64,000 bases of DNA from a virus, in IMG/VR virus record IMGVR_UViG_3300020478_000003, positions 60,361 through 124,360 of that record; one strand, written 5' to 3'. The notes beneath the pieces were generated by a model. The model saw only the letters and a list, made by a program, of their open reading frames with translations. It searched no databases and was not told the origin of the DNA. How positions within the stretch are numbered: position 1 is the first letter of the stretch; each line of letters begins with the position of its first letter. The translations under genes and the position numbers were made by a program. Shown here in pieces: positions 19,437 to 27,793 of this stretch.

Positions 19437-19845
19437 AGAAGATTATGTAGTAGACTGGGCTCCATCGGATATGGTGGAAATCACGTTCAAGGAAGACGAT
19501 GACTTTTTGAAAATCAAAGAAACACTTACCAGAATGGGAGTGGCATCAAACCGAGAAAAAATCTTATATCAATCTACTCATATATTACACAAACAAGGAC
19601 ATTATTATATAGTCCATTTTAAAGAATTATTTGCCTTAGATGGAAAACCTACTAATCTAACTAAAGTAGATGTTGAAAGAAGAAATGCGATTGTAAACCT
19701 ACTCCAAGAATGGAATTTATTGACAGTCGTAAAACCAGACCAATTGGTTCCAATGGGAAATGTTGGTCAATTTAAGATAATATCGTTTAAAGACAAAGTT
19801 GACTGGCAACTTGTGCCTAAATATAATATAGGAGTCAAATATTAA
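19408..19845 (+). CDS. regA: Translational repressor RegA
   Basis: DDFLKIKETLTRMG and HILHKQGHYYIVHFKELFALDG motifs; ATG 19408 preferred as start. Confidence 0.96.
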   Translation: MTQPKGKQNEEDYVVDWAPSDMVEITFKEDDDFLKIKETLTRMGVASNREKILYQSTHILHKQGHYYIVHFKELFALDGKPTNLTKVDVERRNAIVNLLQEWNLLTVVKPDQLVPMGNVGQFKIISFKDKVDWQLVPKYNIGVKY

Positions 19846-19868
19846 ACGATAAACACAAGGATTATATA

Positions 19869-21224
19869 ATGAACCAATTCGCCAGAAAATTCTCACTTCC
19901 CCATAATGACATTCTAAAAACGGTGATGGACGGACCTGATGATTTTGTCAGGTATGATGTAAATCACCAAGCAGATAATGAGAACTTTTTCTATAACATT
20001 ATCAAGAATGCTCATCCTTCCTACAGAGAAGAAATAGCTGATATCTATTTTGCAAAATCTTTTCATTACGAATTTGGTGGTACCCATAGGCGTTATGGAG
20101 ATGTAATGGGTAAGGAAGCTACCGACAAACAAATCGATAATCTTTTCAAAATACAGGAAGAGTACGATATTCCCATCTCTATGACAATTAATCAGGAGAC
20201 TCATCCTGTAGAAATTTTGACCAACGATGCCGTTAGAAACTCATTTATCAAATATCTTGGAGAATTCTACGAGCGTGGTCTTAGAATGTGTACAATCGGA
20301 AATATTCATTTGATGGGAAGCGGACATTTACAGAAGAATTTTCCAGAAATGAAATGGAAAAATACTGTAAATCATATAATCGTGAATACTCAACAAATGG
20401 TTGACCAACACGCTTTGGGTTATGATTTAATACAGATTGACAGGTCTATCAATAGAAATTTATCCGAATTGAGGAGAATGTCCAAATGTGCGAAAAATAG
20501 AGGAATCACTACTTACCTCTTAGCATCGGAAGGATGTATGCCTTTTTGTCCTTTCAAACAAGAACACGATATTGTCCAACCGTGGATTGGAAGCACAATG
20601 GGGAAAGATTATTTCTTAACTCTAGCAGATATTTCTTGTAATAAATGGAGATTTTCTAGTAGAATGAATCAGCTACCTCGTATTGGAACTTCTTGTGTAT
20701 GGGACACTAACGAGCGGTTCGATATGTATAACGAACTGGTAGATGTTTTCAAGTTTAGCGGAAGACTTAAATCGCCGTTCGCTGGTTCAAGACCAGAATC
20801 ATATGCTTGTTGGTCATATATCGCACCATCTGATAAGAGGGGAGTCCCAGAGGACATTTTTGTTGCTAGATCATTCAAGGATGTTTATGATCTGGGTACT
20901 GGATTCTTGAGTAATTGGAATGGTCTTGGATATGTTACGACTCCGACCGAAGAAGACAAAGAAAGATATTTTATACACTATGAAAAAACTGTACCACGAG
21001 TAAAGGAATACTTTAAAAACATTGTTCATCCTTACAAAACCGAAGCTGGGGTTAAAATGTGCAAGGCTCTTCCGAATTGTAAGAACCAATGCTATGATTG
21101 TCATTTATGTGAAGATGCTTATGGATTTGAACATTTTGATTCATTAGCACAAATTAATAGAACACCAAACTCTGGATATGTCGAAGTAAAGGGTGGTAGT
21201 AATCAGATGACAGAAATTATATAA
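19869..21224 (+). CDS. U32-family (Fe-S) protein
   Basis: IDRSINR, EGCMPFCPFKQEH and DVFKFSGR motifs; C-terminal CKNQCYDCHLC cluster. Confidence 0.65.
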   Translation: MNQFARKFSLPHNDILKTVMDGPDDFVRYDVNHQADNENFFYNIIKNAHPSYREEIADIYFAKSFHYEFGGTHRRYGDVMGKEATDKQIDNLFKIQEEYDIPISMTINQETHPVEILTNDAVRNSFIKYLGEFYERGLRMCTIGNIHLMGSGHLQKNFPEMKWKNTVNHIIVNTQQMVDQHALGYDLIQIDRSINRNLSELRRMSKCAKNRGITTYLLASEGCMPFCPFKQEHDIVQPWIGSTMGKDYFLTLADISCNKWRFSSRMNQLPRIGTSCVWDTNERFDMYNELVDVFKFSGRLKSPFAGSRPESYACWSYIAPSDKRGVPEDIFVARSFKDVYDLGTGFLSNWNGLGYVTTPTEEDKERYFIHYEKTVPRVKEYFKNIVHPYKTEAGVKMCKALPNCKNQCYDCHLCEDAYGFEHFDSLAQINRTPNSGYVEVKGGSNQMTEII

Positions 21225-21227
21225 ATA
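21220..21227 (+). promoter_or_regulatory. T4-type late promoter
   Basis: TATAAATA upstream of the 21258 ORF. Confidence 0.8.
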
Positions 21228-21257
21228 GTATACAAACGTAATATTGGAGAACAACAA

Positions 21258-21995
21258 ATGTCTGAAATAGAAACGGAAGACGGTACGATAGAAGAAGCCG
21301 ATTTTGATTGGGGGTTCTCTTTTTCTGATACTGATGAAGCCGATGCAAATGAAGCGGTTGTAACTAAAACGACACAAGCAATATCGTCCGATTTAGGACC
21401 AATCACTCAAAAACTAGATGCAATAATAGCCCTAATCCCTGCTGAAGGAGTAACAAATACCGAATCCGTAGATGTTGATCTGAGTAGTCTTGAAAATAAA
21501 TTGGATCAAATTATTGCACTTGAAAAGGTAGATGCACTTACCGCTGGTGATATGCCTGATATGACTCCGATTCAAAATAAATTGGATGTGATTGAAGCAA
21601 ATCAAGCTAAAATTTTAGCGAAAGATACCACAGTCAATGCTCCAGAAGTGAATGTAGATTTGAGTAGCATTGAAGATAAACTCGATACAATGGAACAGGC
21701 AGTCAATGAAGTCCGTGAGTTAGATTTTGATGGTGACGGACAAGTAGATTTTGGTGATATCAATAATAATTTAGCCGATCTATTAGCTAGACAGGAAGCC
21801 TCTGAAGCTGAACTGGAAGCAAAAAAGACCGAATTTGAAGAGTATAAAACTAAGAAACTTAAGGCATTGGAAAAATTGATTATTCCACTGCTGAGGAATC
21901 TAAAGAGTAACCCGGATAAAGCATACATACATTGGCCTGGTAGAGCACCAGTATTAGATGCACAGATATCAAAAATACTTGCTTTAACTAGATAA
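21258..21995 (+). CDS. Coiled-coil protein with internal repeats and a conserved T4-like C-terminus
   Basis: DFDWGFSF N-motif, four KLD repeats, DFDGDGQVD motif, C-terminal PLLRNLKSNPDKAYIHWPGR. Confidence 0.75.
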   Translation: MSEIETEDGTIEEADFDWGFSFSDTDEADANEAVVTKTTQAISSDLGPITQKLDAIIALIPAEGVTNTESVDVDLSSLENKLDQIIALEKVDALTAGDMPDMTPIQNKLDVIEANQAKILAKDTTVNAPEVNVDLSSIEDKLDTMEQAVNEVRELDFDGDGQVDFGDINNNLADLLARQEASEAELEAKKTEFEEYKTKKLKALEKLIIPLLRNLKSNPDKAYIHWPGRAPVLDAQISKILALTR

Positions 21996-22378
21996 TGGCT
22001 TACTCCGAAAAAGTATTAGATCACTATGAAAGACCACATAATGTTGGTTCTTTGGACCCTGGGGATAGTAGTGTTGGGACTGGTCTTGTGGGTGCTCCAG
22101 AATGTGGTGATGTTATGAAACTACAGATTAAAGTAGACGAAAATGAAAAGATTGTTGATGCCAAATTTAAAACTTTTGGGTGCGGATCTGCAATTGCGGC
22201 TTCTTCTCTGGCAACTGAGTGGATTAAGGATAAGTCTTTGGACGAAGCAAGTACGGTTCAGAATACTCACATCGTGGAAGAACTTTCACTACCACCTGTC
22301 AAAATTCATTGCTCTGTATTGGCGGAAGACGCTATTAAAGGAGCGATTGCAGATTATAGGAACAAAAACAAACATTGA
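21995..22378 (+). CDS. iscU: Fe-S cluster scaffold IscU
   Basis: MAYSEKVLDHY, APECGDVM, FGCGSAIA and LPPVKIHCS; all three Cys present. Confidence 0.97.
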   Translation: MAYSEKVLDHYERPHNVGSLDPGDSSVGTGLVGAPECGDVMKLQIKVDENEKIVDAKFKTFGCGSAIAASSLATEWIKDKSLDEASTVQNTHIVEELSLPPVKIHCSVLAEDAIKGAIADYRNKNKH

Positions 22379-23040
22379 AGAAAAACATTGAAGATTATGT
22401 TTTTCACAAAAAGAATTTTTTAGATGATGATTTTTGTGAAAAAGCTATAAGTGATTTGAATACGTGCAAGTGGAAGAAACACGGATGGTATATACCGACT
22501 ACATCTTTACCAGTATTTGAAAATATACCTCCGGCTGGAGTAGAAAAAGAATCAGAAGTTATAGATATTGAAAAGATGCACCCTGCCACTTATGCAGGCG
22601 ACCTTATTCAATCAGGAGATCCAGAAATGACTCTCCAGAATAAAGTTGAAGATTTAAACGATGTAATAATAAAAAAATTACGAGGTGCTTTAGAGGAATA
22701 TGTTCGGGGCTTAGATTTTTATTGGTTTAGTGGATGGGAAGGATATACTGGAATAAAATTTATACGATACTTCCCAGGTCAAGAAATGAAAGTTCATTGC
22801 GACCATATTCATTCTATGTTTGATGGTGTACGAAAAGGAGTTCCGATCCTTTCTATTATAGGTCATTTAAATGATGATTATGAAGGTGGTGAAACCTATA
22901 TGTTTGATGACAAAGACGGAGATTTATTGGAAACAGAAAAAGGAGATTTGTATGTATTTCCTTCTTGTTTTCTGTTTCCTCATTATGTTACCCCGGTGAC
23001 AAAAGGAACTAGATATTCTTATGTTAGCTGGGTTTGGTAA
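22375..23040 (+). CDS. 2OG-Fe(II) oxygenase (prolyl hydroxylase-like)
   Basis: HCD...LNDDYEGGE...H.V.PV..G.RYS. Confidence 0.9.
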   Translation: MKKNIEDYVFHKKNFLDDDFCEKAISDLNTCKWKKHGWYIPTTSLPVFENIPPAGVEKESEVIDIEKMHPATYAGDLIQSGDPEMTLQNKVEDLNDVIIKKLRGALEEYVRGLDFYWFSGWEGYTGIKFIRYFPGQEMKVHCDHIHSMFDGVRKGVPILSIIGHLNDDYEGGETYMFDDKDGDLLETEKGDLYVFPSCFLFPHYVTPVTKGTRYSYVSWVW

Positions 23041-23044
23041 GATC

Positions 23045-23258
23045 AGCTGGGCAAACGACACTAAAGCCAGAATCGAAGGGACGGACTTCGATGCCTGTCG
23101 TGAATAAAGTGCTCCACCTAGATGAAGTTAAGAGATTCTCCTCCAAAAGTCCCGACGGTACGTGCCACAGGGTGAAGGAGTAGAAACTAATTGCTACACA
23201 AACACCGAGAGCGGTGATGCAAAAGTTTCTTTCGAGATAGTCTAGGCTCTACCCAGCT
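23045..23258 (+). ncRNA. Putative structured non-coding RNA with pseudoknot (family unassigned)
   Basis: Closing stem AGCTGGG/CCCAGCT; internal ACGACA/TGTCGT, ATCGAAG/CTTCGAT, CCTAGA/TCTAGG, CTCCT/AGGAG, AGAAACT/AGTTTCT, CACCG/CGGTG; loop GGAC complementary to GTCC at 23149. Confidence 0.7.
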
Positions 23259-23288
23259 TTATATTATGACTCAAGACAAATAAAGAAA

Positions 23289-23435
23289 ATGGCTCGATCA
23301 GCTTTTAAACAGGCAAATGCAAAGACCTGGCAATCAGTACCCAAAAGAACTTCAATAGGATGTTCTAGTAATTCCCGACCTAAAAATAAGCATAAGAGAA
23401 AGGGTTGGAAGAAATATAGAGGACAAGGAAAATGA
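23289..23435 (+). CDS. Small basic protein ending KKYRGQGK (48 aa), not in the ORF track
   Basis: MARSAFKQANAKTWQSVPKRTSIG...KNKHKRKGWKKYRGQGK; this C-terminal motif is recalled from marine T4-like phages. Confidence 0.75.
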   Translation: MARSAFKQANAKTWQSVPKRTSIGCSSNSRPKNKHKRKGWKKYRGQGK

Positions 23436-23536
23436 ATCCTTGGAAATGGTATAAGGAGTGGCTGAGTTTTACTGACTACGCCACAATAGCTTTCATCGCA
23501 ACCCTAATAGGAATATATTGGTTATATTTTGATTAG
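23432..23536 (+). CDS. Small membrane peptide (34 aa)
   Basis: ATGA coupling; hydrophobic C-half. Confidence 0.5.
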   Translation: MNPWKWYKEWLSFTDYATIAFIATLIGIYWLYFD

Positions 23537-23547
23537 AGGAGGACCAA

Positions 23548-23718
23548 ATGAAAATGGTATGGTTAATATATCTACAATTTTTGTTTGTTGTCGGACAATT
23601 CAACGGAAAGAAAAACTGGATTGACCGAGAGATACTAAGGTGCTATACGAAATTGGATGAATTGAAGATCAATTACGTTAAGATACACAGGTTCGATGAT
23701 TTCCAAGAACGAAATTAG
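23548..23718 (+). CDS. Small hypothetical protein (56 aa)
   Basis: AGGAGG SD; hydrophobic N-terminus. Confidence 0.6.
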   Translation: MKMVWLIYLQFLFVVGQFNGKKNWIDREILRCYTKLDELKINYVKIHRFDDFQERN

Positions 23719-23863
23719 AATCGTTGATATGGAGCACTATAAAAAATGGGGCTGGGCTAGTTGTTTTGAATGTGATGAAACATTTAAAGACTTAACAGAA
23801 CTAGACGAGCATCAGGAGAAACACGTTATAGAGGAAAAATGTTTGAGTATGAAGGAAGAGTAA
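23696..23863 (+). CDS. Small C2H2 zinc-finger protein (55 aa; alternative start 23729)
   Basis: CFECDETFKDLTELDEHQEKH matches C-x2-C-x3-F-x5-L-x2-H-x3-H. Confidence 0.65.
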   Translation: MISKNEIRIVDMEHYKKWGWASCFECDETFKDLTELDEHQEKHVIEEKCLSMKEE

Positions 23864-24309
23864 AAAGAATTGTTGACGGAGATACCATAGATTCTTACAT
23901 AGATTTGGGATTCAATGTTCACGTTGATAAACGAATCAGATTTATGGGTATCGATACTCCCGAATCTCGTACCAGAGACTTAGACGAAAAAAGATACGGA
24001 CTTGGAGCTAAATATCGATTAACAGAATTGTTGAAAAGTAATGATAATAAATTTATCCTTAAATCATCTGGTACAGGTAAGTTTGGACGAGTACTCGGAG
24101 AAATATTCATCCCTCCAGTGGATGATGATCAAATCGAATTAACTCTTATTAATGGAACAAGATACATAAACGTTAATCAAAAGATGATTGAAGAGGGACA
24201 CGCCGTAGCATATTTCGGTGGGTCTAAACAAGAAGTAAAAGATGCTCTTCTGGAAGCACGGCTGATATCTAGTGAATACGTAGAAAAGAACATAGAACCA
24301 CTTGGCTAA
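23839..24309 (+). CDS. Thermonuclease (SNase-like)
   Basis: RIVDGDT, RFMGIDTPE and GKFGRVLG motifs. Confidence 0.9.
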   Translation: MFEYEGRVKRIVDGDTIDSYIDLGFNVHVDKRIRFMGIDTPESRTRDLDEKRYGLGAKYRLTELLKSNDNKFILKSSGTGKFGRVLGEIFIPPVDDDQIELTLINGTRYINVNQKMIEEGHAVAYFGGSKQEVKDALLEARLISSEYVEKNIEPLG

Positions 24310-24383
24310 TTAGGCTAATGTATGTACAACTAATTAAGCTAATGTATATACACTAAGTATATACTAAGTATATACTAATTAAA
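24306..24383. repeat. AT-rich short direct and tandem repeats
   Basis: CTAATTAGGCTAATGTATGTACAA / CTAATTAAGCTAATGTATATACA followed by CTAAGTATATA x2. Confidence 0.7.
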
Positions 24384-24397
24384 TTGAGGTTTATATT

Positions 24398-25006
24398 ATG
24401 AAAGATGGTGTAGTACTGGATCTTGAGACCTTAGGTAGTGTTAATAATTCAGTAATTTTATCAGTTGGTATGGTCGCAGTGGACTCTACCAAAGATTATA
24501 CGTTTGATGAACTGATTAAAGACGGTTATTACGCTAAACTGGATGTCAAGAGTCAAGTTGATGCTGGAAGAAAAATTCATAAAGATACTCTCCAGTGGTG
24601 GAGCGAACAAGGAGAAGCCGCTCAACATATATTAAAACCCTCCCCCAAAGATATGCACTGGTCTAAGTTACGAGAGGATATGATCTCGTGGCTCACCGAT
24701 CAAGGCGTAGATACCCATAAAGTAAAAGTCTATTCACGAGGATCCCACTTCGATTTCGGTCTTTTACACGATCTCTTTCGCATTACAGAAGGTGTAGGTC
24801 AAGATGATCTACCTTGGCGTTACTGGAATATCCACGATTCAAAAACAGTAGTGTTTACATTACTTGGACGGGATGTCTGGGATATGGGAGTAGAGCCTGA
24901 AGGCTTTATTCATCACGATTGTCTCCACGATGCCGCGAGAGAATATTTAACAATACAGTCCGCTCTTTATATGTTTCAAGACACATTATCGGGAGATCCA
25001 TTTTGA
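24398..25006 (+). CDS. dexA: DEDDh 3'-5' exonuclease (DexA-like)
   Basis: VLDLETLG, SRGSHFD and HDCLHDA motifs. Confidence 0.75.
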   Translation: MKDGVVLDLETLGSVNNSVILSVGMVAVDSTKDYTFDELIKDGYYAKLDVKSQVDAGRKIHKDTLQWWSEQGEAAQHILKPSPKDMHWSKLREDMISWLTDQGVDTHKVKVYSRGSHFDFGLLHDLFRITEGVGQDDLPWRYWNIHDSKTVVFTLLGRDVWDMGVEPEGFIHHDCLHDAAREYLTIQSALYMFQDTLSGDPF

Positions 25007-26616
25007 AAAATATTGTCGTAGTAGGTGGAGGATCAGCAGGATGGATGACCGCTACTACTTTATTACATCAATTTCCAGATAAAAAAATTACGCTTGTAGA
25101 ATCACCTAATGTTCCTAATATAGGAGTAGGAGAAAGTACGGTCGATGGTAGTCAGAGCGGATTTTCTGGTATTGTTGATTGGCTAAGATTGGTGGAAATT
25201 GAAGATAATGATTGGATGCCCCATTGTGATGCTATTCATAAACTAAGTATCGGATATAAGGATTGGTATAGAAAAGACTCTGGGATATTTCATTTCCCAT
25301 TTGGTCCAGAATATCTTCAGCATAATAATTATGGATTTAAACTGAACGATTGGCACCTCAAAAAAATATTTTATCCTGAAACTCCATTAAGTGATTATGC
25401 AGAGACTTTTTATCCAGGAATGGCTTTAATAAATCAGAACAAAGCAATTCATTATGATCCACCATTTTGGAAAAAAGCTGATATTGAGGTTCAGCAATAC
25501 TCAGGATGGTCTTATCAATTTGATGCTACTAAATTTGGATTCTATTTAAGAGACCGATACTGCAAAGCTAGATATGCTGAAAATTTTACTCATATTCAAG
25601 CAGAGGTATTAGGAATACCTCAAAATGATGAAGGTATTAAATATCTCATATTGGACAATGGACAAAAACTTGAAGCAGATTTGTTTGTAGACTGTACTGG
25701 ATTCAAATCGTTATTATTGACTAAAACCTTTGAGGTAGAATTTGAATCCGTAGAAGATTTCATTCCCAACAATTATGCTTGGGCTACAAAAATTCCTTAC
25801 AAAGATCCAGAGAAACAAATTGTGAATTATACAATGTGTTCAGCTATTGAGAATGGTTGGATATGGGAAATCCCGTTGTGGTCTAGAATGGGTGCTGGGT
25901 ATGTATTCTCAGATAAATTCGTTTCTACAGAACACGCTTTATGTGAGTTTAAAGCAGAACTACAGAAAAAGGGATATGAAGATGCGGAAGAATTAGATTA
26001 TCACCTGATTCCAATGCGATGTGGTATTCAAAAAAGATTGTGGGTTAAGAATGCTGTTGCTATTGGACTATCGGCAGGATTTGTTGAACCACTACAATCT
26101 ACTGGATTACAGACTATATATCAATTTCTCTTTAATTTGGTTCGTGCATTATCTAGAGGTCGAATAGGTGAATGGGACAGAAGAGAATTTAACACTAAAT
26201 GCCACGATCATTTTTATGCTTTTGGAGGAACCGTTGCTCTTTTATACTCATTAAGTCATAGAGATGATACGGAATATTGGAGAGATATTCAGACCGGGCT
26301 CCATTATCCAGAAAATTTATTTACGGAAGGTCACACACCTGGTTTTCCTAGAATGTTTACTCGTTACTATGACGAAAGAAATAAACAACTGGAGTTTAAT
26401 TTGGGAAGTGCAGTACACGCATTGTCTGCCGGTATGAATTGGAATCCAATATATAAATTGAATCCAGCTTTGTCGGGTGAAGATATAGAAAAGACAAAAG
26501 AGTGGGTGGAAATTTTTATACAACAAACCGACGAAAGAAAAAGGAAGTGGAATGATGAGATAAAAGAATTTCCAAGTCCATATCAATACTCAAAAGACAA
26601 TATTTACAATGGATAA
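25003..26616 (+). CDS. Flavin-dependent tryptophan halogenase-like protein
   Basis: GGGSAG FAD motif, IGVGEST, conserved Lys in CDAIHKLSI, FVDCTGF, WIWEIP, GFVEPL; TTG start at 25003. Confidence 0.9.
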   Translation: MKNIVVVGGGSAGWMTATTLLHQFPDKKITLVESPNVPNIGVGESTVDGSQSGFSGIVDWLRLVEIEDNDWMPHCDAIHKLSIGYKDWYRKDSGIFHFPFGPEYLQHNNYGFKLNDWHLKKIFYPETPLSDYAETFYPGMALINQNKAIHYDPPFWKKADIEVQQYSGWSYQFDATKFGFYLRDRYCKARYAENFTHIQAEVLGIPQNDEGIKYLILDNGQKLEADLFVDCTGFKSLLLTKTFEVEFESVEDFIPNNYAWATKIPYKDPEKQIVNYTMCSAIENGWIWEIPLWSRMGAGYVFSDKFVSTEHALCEFKAELQKKGYEDAEELDYHLIPMRCGIQKRLWVKNAVAIGLSAGFVEPLQSTGLQTIYQFLFNLVRALSRGRIGEWDRREFNTKCHDHFYAFGGTVALLYSLSHRDDTEYWRDIQTGLHYPENLFTEGHTPGFPRMFTRYYDERNKQLEFNLGSAVHALSAGMNWNPIYKLNPALSGEDIEKTKEWVEIFIQQTDERKRKWNDEIKEFPSPYQYSKDNIYNG

Positions 26617-27202
26617 ATTAATCGATTTTATCAAAATATATGACAAGGCTCTTCCAGATGAAATGTGCGATAGCATTATAAAAGCCTTTGATAAGGACGA
26701 AGAACATCATATAAAATCAACAACAGGAGAAGATGTTTCCGATTCTTATCGAAATGCGATTGAACTGAACACCACAAAACGAGCGGAGAAATCTACTCGG
26801 TGGAAAGTCATAATGGAAATTCTGACTAAACTAGCCGCATCTCAATTTGAACGATATAAACACGACCTAATAGTGAATGGATATCCTCAAGAATTATTCT
26901 TCAAACCAATTACACTTGAACAATTCAGGATGCACCGATATGATCCTAATAAACACTATTACAATGAGCATATTGATTCGATTAATGTTCCTTCATCCAG
27001 AAGGATGCTTGTGATGTTATATTATCTCAATACAGTAGATAAAGGTGGCGAAACTGTTTTCCGCACACTTGATAAACGAGTATATCCCATAAAGGGAAGA
27101 CTTCTTGTTGCTCCTACTTGGTTCGGTTATCCGCACAGTGGAGAAACTCCTTTCACCGAAACGAAATATATGATTAAAACTTACATTCATTATCCAGAAT
27201 GA
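26609..27202 (+). CDS. 2OG-Fe(II) oxygenase
   Basis: HID...YLNTVDKGGET...HSG...KY. Confidence 0.88.
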   Translation: MDKLIDFIKIYDKALPDEMCDSIIKAFDKDEEHHIKSTTGEDVSDSYRNAIELNTTKRAEKSTRWKVIMEILTKLAASQFERYKHDLIVNGYPQELFFKPITLEQFRMHRYDPNKHYYNEHIDSINVPSSRRMLVMLYYLNTVDKGGETVFRTLDKRVYPIKGRLLVAPTWFGYPHSGETPFTETKYMIKTYIHYPE

Positions 27203-27792
27203 AATACTTAGATTTATTTGCTTGTCCTGTACAAATAACAGAGCAGAAATTAGACATAGATTCTTTGATTGATTTTTCTTATGAAATGAAAGACAAAGAT
27301 CCAGAGGGAGTACATCAAACAAATATTGGAGGATGGCAAAGTAAAGATATTATTAATGAAAAACATCCAGAATTTGTGAAACTCAAAAACAAAATTGAAG
27401 AAGCCGCCAATGCTTATCATACCAATATAGATTTGAAAAAGAATGAAGAACAGATTATTGTAAATATGTGGATTAACATAAACGGAAAAGGACATCTAAA
27501 TGATTATCATTGCCACCATTATTCAGTTTTATCTGGAGCATTTTATTTAAGACCAGGTAGTGCACCGATAGTCTTTCAGCATCCCTATCGTTATATTAAT
27601 TCATTCTACTGGGAGACAAATATGATCTCAAAATGGAATCCAGTAAATTCAAGTGTTTTTACAATATTACCAGAAGCAAATAATCTTATTATATTTCCAG
27701 CGTGGATAGAACATAAGGTTCTTATGAATATGGAAGACACAGAGAGAATTTCGTTTTCTTTTAATACACACCTAAAATTAAAAGGAGAATAA
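27199..27792 (+). CDS. Putative 2OG-Fe(II) oxygenase (TIGR02466-like)
   Basis: WININ, HCH, LSGAFY, IFPAWIEHKV and RISFSFN motifs. Confidence 0.85.
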   Translation: MKYLDLFACPVQITEQKLDIDSLIDFSYEMKDKDPEGVHQTNIGGWQSKDIINEKHPEFVKLKNKIEEAANAYHTNIDLKKNEEQIIVNMWININGKGHLNDYHCHHYSVLSGAFYLRPGSAPIVFQHPYRYINSFYWETNMISKWNPVNSSVFTILPEANNLIIFPAWIEHKVLMNMEDTERISFSFNTHLKLKGE

Positions 27793-27793
27793 T

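Noticed and set aside
23045-23258. tRNA, tmRNA or group I intron
   Set aside because: No cloverleaf or T-loop GTTCRA, no tag ORF with tRNA-like ends, and it does not interrupt a gene
24306-24383. Possible mini CRISPR array
   Set aside because: Repeats are short, adjacent and lack unique spacers; no cas genes
24919-25002. N-terminal extension of the halogenase ORF
   Set aside because: It overlaps dexA; the FAD-binding motif starts right after TTG 25003, which has a GGGAG SD
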